Below, in pieces: positions 1-11,974 of a DNA stretch of 50,678 nucleotides (position 1 is its first letter; each line of letters starts with the position of its first letter). The notes beneath the pieces were generated by a model that was given only the letters and a program-made list of their open reading frames with translations, was not told the origin of the DNA and ran no database searches. Source of the DNA: Parasitella parasitica NRRL 2501 (Eukaryota; Fungi; Mucoromycota); the NCBI GenBank assembly GCA_025201805.1, contig MU619319.1:1-50678 (forward strand), read 5' to 3'. Position numbers and translations under genes: made by a program.

Positions 1-1625
1 ATTATATGCAATTCTGATATGTAAATTTGTGATATCATGTGATAACTTTATAGATATCGATAAAAACATGGATACCAAAGTTGTTTCCAGATAGAGGTGA
101 GTCAACACTAAGTTTTCCAAGTTAGAACTCGGTTCTACTGCCATTTTAGCAGAAGTTATGAGCAAATATGAGATATTTATGATAAATATTGAAAAATAAA
201 ACTGGTTTTGCAGATAACTTGTGATAGAAAGGTCGCACAGTGGAAAGCAAGTTATGCTCATATAGCGATAATCATGCCTGTACTTATGGCGCATAAGAAA
301 GGCTTTGATTCGCTCTTTAACGCAGCCTTTCATTGATTATTATATATTCATTTTTCATGTTTTCTGCTTCTATAAAGAAAAAGATTTACTGAATCTAAAA
401 TCGGATAATCTGGATAATCAAACTTATCATTTATTGACATAAGGGAGATATACAGTTTATCGTATCTCCGAAACCTCGTCACTTGAACATTTGTGTTCAA
501 ATCACCTTCCCCAGTTCTTAGAAAATATATTAGCCATTGAGAACTTCAAGATCGAAATAAGAAAAGTATAATACAAAACGTTGAATTAACGAGATACGAA
601 AACTTGAGATTACTTTATTAAAGATTCAAATATGCATCTGCTATTTATAATTTTTACAACTACATAAACTTTTGGTGACTTATTTAAAATACTAGTCGAT
701 ACTAATCGATGAGAATAATTTGCAAGCAACGTCATATCCTTAATAGAGTACGATGTATTAGTATAATAAAAGGCTATTGATCTTTGATCTGACGGTACCT
801 TATTGTTTGTCAATCATACAGATCTGTGTTAGAGATAACCTTCTTGATATGAAACAAAGACTTTATTCTCCTGTTTCGACAAGTATAACAACACATCATT
901 GGACAATCACCAATCTTTAATTGAAGTATGCTATCATGATCTCCTATCCTACATAATGGCAGATCATTAGCTGGGATAAAATAAACGGATTTTCCATAAT
1001 TAATTTATATTAGGCCTTTTGATAAGTCTGTAAAATCATTCCTTTTTTGAAAGACTATCGCAAAAAACTTATAATGAATTGTTTTTTAACCAAGAAATCA
1101 TTTAAAAAAAGAACTTTTGACACGTTGATTTTTTATCATACTTTTTCCTGTGATGCATAAAGATGTCAAAATCTAGTTATATCTCGTGAAGGGGTTTCCC
1201 GTAAGCGATTATCGGTATACTAAAGATAAAGATATTAAAAAAAAGGTGAAGATGTTTTTAAAAAGGTTTTGAAGTAATAGATAAGTAAAGCCATAAATTA
1301 TGGTATCAAGTTTTGCTCTTGTTTATTTCGGAAAAATAAGAATACTAAAATCTTTCACTATAAATAAAGTGAAATAAATATAAAGGATAGAATAGGATGC
1401 ATTTACTGATATTACCTTTTGTTCCTTAATGTCCACATAATCATAATAGCTAGCATTAATTTCATAAATATTTTAGATAAAAAGCCCAGAAATTTGCTTA
1501 TAGTTAAATTCGATTTATTTCGTTATAATATGCTTCTTTTAGTATTGATATCACATGCGTATATGTTCATTAATCTTTTGTTCTACAAGATGCGAGTAAA
1601 AAAATTACTTTAAAATGTGCTTTTT

Positions 1626-3808
1626 TTAAGGATGGTAGACGAGTGGAACGTAATTTGGTTCATAAGCAGAACTTCTAACAACCTCACTCAAGATTTCGCC
1701 TTGTTCTAACACAGCTGTAGCATAGCCTTCTTGAAATGCTACTTCACATACACGAGTGCCTACGTTCAGGGCGACTTCTCTTAATTGACTAACACCAGGG
1801 AACAAAACGCCATTTTTTAATTGGGCAGGCGTAGCCATATCAGCAATAGTGCGAGCTGTTTCTAAAAACATATTCGGGGTAACTCTGCTTGCTCTGGATA
1901 CAGTGATACCTAAACCCAATCCCTATAATTTTTAACCGTTACATTTATACATGTCAACAGTAAGCATATTATTATGTACTTACAGGAAAGCTGTAAGAGT
2001 TGTTGCACTGGTTGGTCTTTCCAATTTTACCGTTTGGTAACAGAACATCCTTAAATGGACTTCCAGACGCAAAAATGGCTCTTCCGTCCGTCCATTTAAA
2101 GGCCTCCTCTGCAGTGCATTCTGCATGTGTATCTGGATTACTCAAGGGAAATATGACAGGACGCTCATGGTGCTTGGCCATCTCTCTAACCGCTTCTTCT
2201 GAAAACACCCCACGGATACCAGTGAGTCCTAGCAAGACGGTAGGCTTGACTTGTCTTACGAGTTCCTCCAAGCTCATTTGATCTCGGAGATCATGCTTAA
2301 CATAACAATATTGTCGATCATCTAATTTAGTAGAACGTGGTTGATATTGCTTGCTATGAGGATCGTTCTGATTGTTGGGCGGATGTACGCCTGGATTACC
2401 CAGTAATCCATACTGGTCAAGCATGTAGATCTTTGAATATGCCTCTTCTCGACTCTTTACGCGTCCTTGAGCAACCATGCAGTCAATGATACCTTCACAG
2501 ACACCTACACCGGCTGATCCTGCCCCTACACAAATGATGCGTTCGTTTGACAAATCTTCCTGTGACATGCCTCTTGACTTGAGTGATGCCAATATGCCCG
2601 CTAGGGTGATGGATGAAGTGGACTGAATATCGTCATTGAAACATGTTATACGGTTGCGATCTATACACATCCAACACGGTTTTAGCTATTTTTGCTCCTG
2701 TTATTTGTTTGTTTTCATTTACATTTTGCCAATAAATTATAGGCATGGGGGTATTTGAAGTCTTCGAATTGGATCAGTGTATCTAGTGCGCAAAGTTGCC
2801 AATATAGTTAGTGGATTTGGACCCTTTTGGTTGGTTATAAACTCATTGCATACCAGGCCATCTACTTGTTATTGCAGTGACCCATTCATCGATAAATGAG
2901 TAATAGTCATCTCCCTCTAATCTGGGATGACTCATACCAAGATAGAGAGGGTCGCTCAGCAGATCTTGGTTGTTTGTGCCTACATCTAATACCACGGGCA
3001 GCACAGCTCTTGGTCGAATACCTCCGGCAGCTACATACTATGTGTACATATGAAGAATTTCGAACGTTACCAACCGACTCCTCTGGTCCCTTTACCATAA
3101 TATACTCCTTACCAAACTTAATTTTCCAATTGGGATTTGCATACCGTTGGCACCCAAATCGCCCAGCCCTAATACTCTTGATCCATCAGTAACCACAATG
3201 ACATCCACTTGGTCGTGAGGCCAGTTATAGACCATTGCAGACATTTGACCACGATCTTGACTTGAAAAGTACATGCCACGAGAACGGCGATAAATCGAAT
3301 GCGACATTTGACTTGCAAGACCAACTATGTTGTAAGCATGTTAGAGGAAAATGGTTTTTGCATTTCAAGCAATCCTGGAAATACCTGTAGGTGTATAAAT
3401 GATACCAGCTAATTCTTCAAGGTGTTCCATAATTATTTTGTAATACAATGTTTCATTTCTATCATGTAATGCAGCTAAAAATACGAACTTTGCGAGTGGC
3501 GTTTCACAAGCGTCAAGATTACGCTTGACTCTCAAGAGTTGTTTGTCCATTTCTTGACAGCGAGGAGGGACGAGACCACGGATAGAGAGACGCTCTCTCT
3601 CTGCAATACTGAAAGCAGTGCCTTTGGATAGTAACGGATCGTGAAGAATGTTAACTCCTCGAGAGTGCATAACGTGGACATTTTTATCATGTCGAGGATC
3701 AGAAAATTCATGGTGAGCCAAGCTGGCATTGAGGTGGGAATACGAACGCTGGGCAAAAGCTCTGTGCAAGATATTGCCTTTGGTTGCTAATCGCTTTATC
3801 GATAGCAT
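1626..3808 (-). CDS. Malic enzyme (NAD(P)-dependent), probably mitochondrial; 6 exons
   Basis: Spliced ORFs give [67 protein letters not shown] and [14 protein letters not shown]. Introns are GT-AG. The N-terminus is Arg/Ser-rich and acid-free ([24 protein letters not shown]), like a presequence. Confidence 0.95.
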
Positions 3809-4243
3809 TTTATAATATAAAATATGGAAAAAAGCAAGAAAGATAAAAAAAAGAAGGAGAAATGAGCTATTTTTTGAGTTAAATACTCTAGCTGTTTATC
3901 ATATCGAGTCGTTTGTAATACGATGAAATCTCCTTATTTATGTGTTTATTTGTTTGCCTTTGCAAAGTTCTGGACTCAAAATCTTTTTCTATAGATAACA
4001 AATGGGCAGATCAAAGAAACTGCATTGCTGTATAAAATAATTTCAATAATCACCAATACAAGTCTGCAAATATACCTTATATTAATGAATTTCCTGTACA
4101 AAATTGAGCAACCCATAAATTATTTTCCCAAAAAAGGAAGTGCAAAAGTTCCCACTTTGGAAATTAACGTCGATCCCATTGATTTGATTAGAATAACAGG
4201 GATTTATTTACGTGGGTGGTGATTCATAAATGTACTGTATGTA

Positions 4244-4658
4244 CACTATTTTCACAAATTATTGGCGCACATTTGGAAAAAAGATTGGCGCACATTTGGA
4301 AAATAAAATGGCACACATTTGAGAAAAAACTTGGCGCACTAGTTGAAAAAAGCTTGGCGCATCGAAAAAACAAAATTTGGCGCATAAAAAGGTTTAATAT
4401 TGTCGTATTTGAGGGCTTCTTTACTTTTACATTAATTTTGAATATGAATGATTTTGTACATGAAGACGGCCAGGGAAAACTTTTTGACGACAAAAGCATG
4501 GCTGTTGCAGTCGTGGAAATGGAAGTAGATGAAGAGATGTATCCCATTGAAACGGTGACAAATTTTGGGATGTACCAGGAGCTCAAACCACCTGAAAAGC
4601 CCGAGAAAAACAATGAAAAGAAAGAAGACAGAGGAGATGTCAAGCTAGAGAACAACAC
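4244..4658 (+). mobile_element. Left end of Tc1/IS630-type element, copy A (TIR plus transposase 5' end), cut by an assembly gap
   Basis: TA at 4242-4243, then CACTATTTTCACAAATTATTGGCGCACATTTGG..., the reverse complement of the TIR ending at 8355. Nearly identical to 6721-7071. Runs into Ns at 4659-4668. Confidence 0.9.
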
Positions 4659-4997
4659 NNNNNNNNNNCTAATTCGCAATCAAGTTGGCCGTTGCTCCAC
4701 CTACTCTTGATGCGCAATATAAAACAAAAAGGCTATTAATCAGCTAACTTTCAGCAAATGATGCCCAGGACAATGAATGAAAGTATATACCATGACATTT
4801 TCTCAAAGAGACAAAAATTCATTGTTCTCATATTATTGATGATCATAACGCTATTGTGAACGATCTTTGTATTATTACATTGGTTTAGTTCTTTGTTTAA
4901 GAATACAATAGGGCTTACTAAAATTGAAGATGGCGATCTGATATAAATACTCCCTTTCATAACTTCACATTGATGAAATATAACCTTTTATCATAAC

Positions 4998-6677
4998 ATG
5001 AAGCATATAAACGAATTCCCACCTGAAATTTTTTCCCGAATCTTTACTTACTTGACATTTTCAGAGAAACAAAATTGTGCAAGAACTTGTAAAAAGTGGC
5101 AAAATTTGATCATGCATTCTAACTTTTATGAAGATTTTCATATTGGGGATGAAGAAAACTTCAAGCTATTTAATCAGTATTTCCAAGAAGAAGAAAACAA
5201 GCCTTATCGTAACCAAATCCGTCGTTTGGGGGTTAAGGTCTACTTTAGTAATGCTGCTAAAGCTGAGGCCGTATTAGCTCTGCCAGAAATACATCCCAAC
5301 CTTCAAGAACTCGTCTGGGAGAATGGCACTCCCTACGATACTGATGAATCTGATATATCTAAAATAATTGTTAATGAAAATATTGCTGAGCACTGGAAAA
5401 GAATCACTAGTTTTCAAGATTGCAACAACTACTGTTTGTCCTCAAAGATATTGGAGCATGGTGGACTTTGCAACCTGGTTGATTTGCGTGTGATGTTTGT
5501 GGGAAAAGAGAGATCCGAATTCAAGTGTAATTCGTTAATTCAACAACTTTCGAATGCTCCTAAACTGAAGACACTAAAACTGGAACATGGTGCAATGTCA
5601 CTGAGTCATTTACATCAGCTGCATTGTAACGCACAACAACTAGAGGTTCTTTGGTTACAAGATATGGAATTAGCATATGTTGGTGTGAACGAGCAGAGGC
5701 TCTCAATTTCTCCAAGTAATACATTGAAAGAGCTTCGTATATCTCGCTGTTCGAAAGAATACAATGAAAACATGTTACAGCATATGAAATACCCGAATTT
5801 GAAAACCTTGCAAGTATACTTTTTAGATCAGTTTGACCAGAGATATGGCGAGACCCAGTTGGTCGAATTTGTCTCTCATTGTCCATATCTTGAGACTTAC
5901 GATGTCAACATACAAACAATCACACCGGCAATTTTGGGAGCAATCGATGCAAGTGGAGCCAAATTGAAAAAAATTACGATTACGATATGGTCCGAGGAGG
6001 ACCCTCTCAGACAATTCAAGGATGTACTAAAATCTAACCAGAAAGATTTTGTGCACACGATGAAGATCAACTATTCATATGTTTCTCATTACGATGAAAT
6101 CAAGATGGGTAAAACTTTCGACGCCTTGGAAGCTTTCCCAAGCCTTAAGAATTTAGATATACAAGCTCTAAATTATTATCTTTTCCGGGACTTTCCTCTC
6201 GGTAATTTTTTGAGGAAAAATCTGCATTTGGAAACACTCAAGCTAAAAGATTGGAAGATTGAAAATCCAAACCCCCTAAAGAAGCTTTGGAATGATCTTT
6301 TGAGCGAATTTACAGCAACAACGATAAAAAATTTGGTCTTGGATAACGTTCGTTGCAAAAGTGAAGAATTTGTACCGCTCATTTCGAAAACATGTCCTGA
6401 GCTATCCAATCTAACAATTTCACCTGATTATAATTGTGAGTTCCACAATTATGAATTTCCTGATCATAGCTTTGCTTCTATTACAGTGATTAAGCCACAT
6501 AATCGCTACTACCAAGTGACAACTGACAAGGAAACTAAATGGTATAAGTTCATCAATGGAACTCTTGAAAAAACTTATAAAGAGTCGCCTGATCCAAAAA
6601 AAAATCGACTTGTCTATTTGAAATATAAAAGCTGCAAGGTTTTGAAGATTGGAGATGCTTATATCGATCAACCTTAA
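4998..6677 (+). CDS. F-box / LRR (RNI-like) protein, 559 aa, intronless
   Basis: N-terminal F-box (FPPEIFSRIFTYLTFSEKQNCARTCKKW) followed by repeated PxLxxLxL units. Confidence 0.88.
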   Translation: MKHINEFPPEIFSRIFTYLTFSEKQNCARTCKKWQNLIMHSNFYEDFHIGDEENFKLFNQYFQEEENKPYRNQIRRLGVKVYFSNAAKAEAVLALPEIHPNLQELVWENGTPYDTDESDISKIIVNENIAEHWKRITSFQDCNNYCLSSKILEHGGLCNLVDLRVMFVGKERSEFKCNSLIQQLSNAPKLKTLKLEHGAMSLSHLHQLHCNAQQLEVLWLQDMELAYVGVNEQRLSISPSNTLKELRISRCSKEYNENMLQHMKYPNLKTLQVYFLDQFDQRYGETQLVEFVSHCPYLETYDVNIQTITPAILGAIDASGAKLKKITITIWSEEDPLRQFKDVLKSNQKDFVHTMKINYSYVSHYDEIKMGKTFDALEAFPSLKNLDIQALNYYLFRDFPLGNFLRKNLHLETLKLKDWKIENPNPLKKLWNDLLSEFTATTIKNLVLDNVRCKSEEFVPLISKTCPELSNLTISPDYNCEFHNYEFPDHSFASITVIKPHNRYYQVTTDKETKWYKFINGTLEKTYKESPDPKKNRLVYLKYKSCKVLKIGDAYIDQP

Positions 6678-6710
6678 ATTCAACAACAATTGTCGACTCC
6701 CTCTTATTCG

Positions 6711-8355
6711 CATTATTTATACAAATTATTGGAAAATAAAATGGCACACATTTGAGAAAAAACTTGGCGCACTAGTTGAAAAAACAAAATTTGGCGCATA
6801 AAAAGGTTTAATATTGTCGTATTTGAGGGCTTCTTTACTTTTACATTAATTTTGAATATGAATGATTTTGTACATGAAGACGGCCAGGGAAAAATTTTTA
6901 ACGACAAAAGCATGGCTGTTGCAGTCGTGGAAATGGAAGTAGATGAAGAGATGTATCCCATTGAAACGGTGACAAATTTTGGGATGTACCAGGAGCTCAA
7001 ACCACCTGAAAAGCCCGAGAAAAACAATGAAAAGAAAGAAGACAGAGGAGATGTCAAGCTAGAGAACAACACGACAACCCGTATCTACAAAAGTTACAAG
7101 GAAGTAGAGAAAGAGCAACTGTTTGCTTTTTGGTCTATGAAAAAGGCATGAGTGCTAGAGAAGCAGCCCTGAAACTTCATATCACTACACGCACAGCACA
7201 AAGATGGATAGCGAACGATCAGCGAGATCCTCAAACGTATACCGCAAGAAAAGAGGGTAGTGGAAGACCAGTCGGTAGACCAGCAATTATGGATGATCGT
7301 CATAAAACACATTTGGTCGACTTAATCGACGAAGAGCCTGCAGTAGTGTTGGATCAGATGATGGATAGCCTGACAGCCGAGTTCATTGACCTCGAGATAT
7401 CAAAAACAGCACTGTACAATTTCGTTACCAAAGAACGCAAGATTAGTCTGAAGAGAGCTCACTTCCATTCGGTTGAACGCAACTGCTTGGAAAAGATCAC
7501 AGCAAGAAAGGAATGGGTAGAAAAATGGATGGCCACCGACATGGACTACATGAGCAACTGCGTATTCGTTGACGAAGCAGCATTTCATATCAACATGAAG
7601 CGAGCTATTGCATGGTCAAAAATGGGAACTTGCGCCGTTGTCAAAATACCGAAGACTAGGGCAAAAACAACAACAATCTTGGGTGCAACCTGTGCTTTTG
7701 GTGTTGTCATTATAAAGTAAGACGTCCTCGAGTAATGCCCACTTCCAAGAAAAGAAAAACCGCTGGATCGAGTGGACAAGCTTAAACACAGAGCAAAGGC
7801 ACTGTTACAGGTCATTACTTTAACTTTATAAGCGACACCATGGACGAAATGGACAAGCACCCAGAGATTTTCAAGGACAACTACTTGATCATGCATAATG
7901 CTCCAATCCACACAAATGATGATATCAAGCTTCTTATTGAAAGTCGTGGCTACAGATGCGTCTATCTTCCTCCTTACTCGCCAGAGCTTAACCCTATTGA
8001 GCAATTCTGGTCTATTTGTAAGAGTAAACTCAAACGAGAGAAGCTTTTGAAGGAAGAGACACTCACATCTAGAATCGGAGATGCATGCAATCAAGTGCTT
8101 ATTAGTGATCTTAAAGGATTTTGTAAATACTCCTGTGATAGATTCGATGATTGCTTGAAAGGAATGCCTATCTAGAAATAAAGATTATTTGTCGCATGTG
8201 TCGCATTCAATTTTTGTGCCAAATTTTAATCCATTTATGCGCCAATTTTTTTCCAGTTAGCACGCCAATTTTTTTTCCAAATGTGTGCCATTTTATTTTT
8301 CAAATGTGCGCCAATCTTTTTTCCAAATGTGCGCCAATAATTTGTGAAAATAGTG
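6711..8355 (+). mobile_element. Tc1/IS630-type DNA transposon, copy B, with degenerate left TIR and intact right TIR
   Basis: Right TIR about 8215-8355 ends ...TTTGTGAAAATAGTG followed by TA (8356-8357). The left TIR at about 6711-6800 lacks several internal repeat units. Confidence 0.92.
6858..8175 (+). pseudogene. Decayed DD34E transposase
   Basis: HTH (MSAREAALKLHITTRTAQRW), CVFVDEAAF, and LIMHNAPIH (second catalytic D changed to H) followed 34 residues later by LPPYSPELNPIE. Frameshifts near 7140 and 7718 and a stop near 7785. Confidence 0.92.
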
Positions 8356-8499
8356 TATTAGGATTTATATAAATTTTTCTGCAAAATATATATGTAAGCC
8401 AAGAATAATTTGCATCCAAATAAATATACTTTATTACTATTATTATTAGTACATGAACAAATAGAAAAAAGGGGCAGGAAAAGAAATGAAAGAACAATG

Positions 8500-9558
8500 C
8501 TATAAATCCGTCTTTGTAGAAGGTAAAAGAGCACGATTAACAGCGACAATTTCTGTGTCCTGTTTGCTGCAATTCCTCGTCGACATTGTTGCAGTTGCCT
8601 TTGTAGTATCATTTTTGCTATTACTATTATTCTTTAACGATGAAGATTTCTTATTAGCACCACGTGGTGCTGTTAAATCTCGCCAGACAAAGCAAGAATT
8701 ACCGGCCATCTGTCTCTTGGGTTTGCGGCCTCTCTTCTTTTTGGGTATACTCAAGGCCATATCCATATTTGTGCTGGTAAAAGTGTTGATACCGTCAGCC
8801 ATTACAGCTGTTGTTTCAGTCAAGAACTGTGGGGTATTTTGCAATGAATTTGGAGCAGAAGAATGTTGTAGATGCTGTTTCTTTGGTTGTTGCTGTTGCT
8901 GTTGTTGTTTTTTAACATCCCAGACTGTAGGTTTAATGAACGTCCAACTGCTGCCATCTCTAGCCTCAGGGCGAGCAGCATTTGGTGGTCTTCCACGTTT
9001 TCTTTTCGGACCAAAGATGGGATGGGGATACTCATCTTGTTTTGCTGCGATCTCTTCCTGCTCATCAGCCGTGGTAGGAGGTAAATTTAATGTAGGGGGT
9101 TCCGATAATGAACGAAATGTGAAAGGTGTACAATAAGGCGAGGTAGAAGGTGATGAATTTTGAGAAGAATTTGATACAGAGCGACAGCGGCGAGAATTAA
9201 TATCTGGTGGAGGTAATAAAAAGGGATTTTCGTGTGTAGGTGAAATTAACGGAGAGCCGCAAAAAGAAGATGTAGTCGAGGAAGGAGATGAAAAAGTCAT
9301 AATTGGGCTTGATTGGTAGGGTGACATTGGACTTGTTGAAAGGGAAGATGAGTTGATTGTCGGTTCAATGATGTTCAGCTTATTTTTGTCATCTTTGCGC
9401 CGATGATCTTGCGTTAGACGAATGCTTGGCAGCTGCTGGTTTTGCTGTTCTTCTTCATCGTTAATAGGGAAAATTGATTTGACTGAAGGCAATCTACATG
9501 AATTTAAAGTAGGTGATGGTGGTTGAAGAAAAACTTCAATAGGTGATGAATTATTCAT
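8500..9558 (-). CDS. AT-hook-containing low-complexity nuclear protein (~352 aa)
   Basis: KRKRGRPP and KKKRGRKPK motifs, Ser/Pro-rich region, poly-Q. First ATG at 9558. Confidence 0.8.
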   Translation of the reverse strand: MNNSSPIEVFLQPPSPTLNSCRLPSVKSIFPINDEEEQQNQQLPSIRLTQDHRRKDDKNKLNIIEPTINSSSLSTSPMSPYQSSPIMTFSSPSSTTSSFCGSPLISPTHENPFLLPPPDINSRRCRSVSNSSQNSSPSTSPYCTPFTFRSLSEPPTLNLPPTTADEQEEIAAKQDEYPHPIFGPKRKRGRPPNAARPEARDGSSWTFIKPTVWDVKKQQQQQQQPKKQHLQHSSAPNSLQNTPQFLTETTAVMADGINTFTSTNMDMALSIPKKKRGRKPKRQMAGNSCFVWRDLTAPRGANKKSSSLKNNSNSKNDTTKATATMSTRNCSKQDTEIVAVNRALLPSTKTDL

Positions 9559-11046
9559 TTGCGTATGAAGACTGTACAAAGAAAAAGAAGAAGAAAAAAA
9601 TAGAAAAGTACAAGAAACAGAAATGTAAATCAAATATACCTAATCCAGCATTTATTCTAAATAAAATGGAAACCAGGGAAGCATTTCTACTTCCCAGGCA
9701 GTCCTTAATTTTCCATTTTAGACATTTTTTCTATTTATTTTTTACTATTTTGAGGTATTTTTCTATTTGATTATATTACGTTTTGCGTGTGCCTTGCTTG
9801 AGAAAAAGAAGCGAACATCTTTTTAGTGCTTCTAACAAATTCTTTGTTATAATTTAAAGGGTTACTAATAAGAAGACAGGGAGAAATTGATCTTGATAAT
9901 TGAACATTTATACCAGATCTTCGAATGGCTAAAGTTTCAAGCGTGCTGTAAAGTAAATTTTTGGCCTAAAAGAAATTTTGTTTTAGATATATAATGCCCC
10001 TTTTTAACAACTCATACCATCCTAACTATCAAGAGCTCCTGTATTTGTGCATGAATTTTTTGACATTTCACTCAAAGGATATCTGCCAAGAGAAATCAGA
10101 TCATGACAATGATGTGTAAATAAAATAATATCTGCTTCATTTTTAAAAACACGATAATTTTTCAGAAAATAAATCATCAAAACTGGCATGCGACGAACCC
10201 AGAAAACCCATTTGAAAGACTTAGCTATTGAAAATTGATACTATGGATGATGATTTCTGAATATCTCACTTTCAGACAACTTAATTAAGCTTTTTTTTTT
10301 ATAAATTCAGAGCTTTCCGAAGATTAGCATTTCTACTCATTGCCAGCGGATGACTTATTCCGAGATCTTCTTGTCAATCAACGCTTATAATTTTGGAAGA
10401 GCGTATATTTCATTTTATTAGATATAGCCCTCTGTTGAAGATGATGACAATAGCAATGTAGAAGATAACAGCAGCTAAATACACTTTTTACCGAGGATTG
10501 TGCAAGTAATTGAAAGATGTATGAGACAAGTCAACTAAAACTATCAAGGCCCACACCCTTTTCCATAAACCTAGCTGTAAAAGTGAATAAAATTTCAACG
10601 TTTCGTTGCAAAAGTGTTTAAACTGAAGTAAAAATAGCATACTGCACTTCACAATGGTCTGAATGCTCTCTGAATTGCATTTGTAGATGAGCCATTAGTT
10701 TTAGGGACATACTTTTTTAGCTCAGCCGTATCTTTCGTGTTAAACTCTTTCACTATCTAAAAGCTGCACTTGCTTGAGGAAACAGAAATGTTGCTAGAAA
10801 ATACACGCTCTACGAATTGAACAATTTGCAATCTGATGTCCTGTCCACAAAAAAAGTCATTTCTGATTTTTCACGTTTGCACAATTGACACAGCAATGTA
10901 AACTTTGAATTTCAGTACTCATCTGATAGAAATGATCATACAATGCTTTAATTTTGTTTGGAACAATAAAGAGATCTACCAAAATATGTCAAAAAAGTAG
11001 CAAAAAGCCAATAATATATTCTTTTGGAAAGAGTATATACATTTTT

Positions 11047-11679
11047 TTAACGGTAAGACTTTTGGAAACGGGCACGAGCACCGGGACCACCGAACTACAA
11101 AGAAAAGCTTTATCAATATACTTTGCCCACATACTCGTTTGGTTTATTCCAATTTTTACCTTCTTGGGTTCACAACGACGAGGATCAGCAACGAGAAGAG
11201 TACGGTCATATTGAACGAGAATCTCTTTAATCTCCTTCTTGGCAGCCTCATCGACATACTTTTGGTAGAAAGCGACGATAGCCTTAGCAAGAGCTTGACG
11301 GATAGCATAAACTTGAGAAGTGTGACCTATAAAAAACATGATATATCTCAAATTTCTGCACATCCCTTCCACGGAAAATTTAACAAAAATATACTACATA
11401 CCACCACCGTTGACACGAATTCTGATATCAGTGTTAGCGAAACGCTCTTCACCCAAAAGAAGGATAACTTCGTAGACCTTGAATTTCAAGATCTCGGGCT
11501 CGAGGAGTTCGATAGGGGAACCGTTAATACGGATGAGACCATGACCACGCTTGCAGTGAGCAACAGCAGTGGCGGTTTTCTACATGTTGTGCATCAGCAT
11601 TTATTGCTCATCCACATCTGCAGATATTCTTCCAGTTGCTTTAACTCACCTTACGGCCGAATGTCTGTACAGCTTCCAT
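11047..11679 (-). CDS. RPS16: 40S ribosomal protein S16 (uS9); 4 coding exons
   Basis: Spliced translation [10 protein letters not shown]|[12 protein letters not shown]...IRIRVNGGG|[11 protein letters not shown]...[13 protein letters not shown]|[15 protein letters not shown]. Confidence 0.97.
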
Positions 11680-11687
11680 TTTCGGTA

Positions 11688-11778
11688 CTATAATTCAATA
11701 TAAAAGTTGGTTAAATTTTGATGGATTCGCTGCAGGGCTGTATATATTGATGCATCAATATTGGATGGATGGATTTAC
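11688..11778 (-). other. Putative 5'UTR intron of RPS16
   Basis: AAAG|GTAAAT donor at 11778 and TTATAG acceptor at 11688, 8 nt before the ATG. Pyrimidine-rich leader upstream. Confidence 0.65.
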
Positions 11779-11789
11779 CTTTAGATTGA

Positions 11790-11974
11790 GAGAAAGAACA
11801 AAACTATGGGTTCGATTGCTTTTGCTTAATATGTTGTCCCCCGTCCCTGTTCAATGAAGAGCAGCACAAAAGCGCCTCTTGTCATGGCATCCGGTCCGAT
11901 TATGTTCGGACCATCACGTGAAATGATTAGTTTCTCAATTAAATAACAACTGGAGCATTTACTGAGATTTGTTA
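11790..11974. promoter_or_regulatory. Compact bidirectional promoter between RPS16 and the LRR gene
   Basis: Divergent genes. Contains the inverted repeat GGTCCGA-N6-TCGGACC (11893-11912) and the E-box palindrome TCACGTGA (11914-11921). Confidence 0.5.

Noticed and set aside
1-900. Possible decayed hypothetical gene (RGESTL-like peptide near 93-110)
   Set aside because: Too many stops and frameshifts to support a call.
4244-4390. CRISPR-like array of short repeats
   Set aside because: The units abut with no unique spacers and are mirrored at 8215-8355, so they are TIR sub-repeats.
4216-4710. 164-aa and 151-aa ORFs across the TIR and N-gap
   Set aside because: Read-through of TIR sequence and Ns. 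Only the part from ~4444 is the transposase 5' end.
8486-9136. 216-aa Cys-rich ORF on the + strand
   Set aside because: Antisense shadow of the AT-hook gene; the poly-Cys comes from poly-Gln codons.
9900-10850. Scraps of coding-like sequence and ATGATGA...CTGA (box C/D-like) near 10248-10260
   Set aside because: The C and D boxes are only 3 nt apart, and no continuous ORF or recognisable motif was found.
11139-11693. 184-aa + strand ORF
   Set aside because: Antisense to spliced RPS16.
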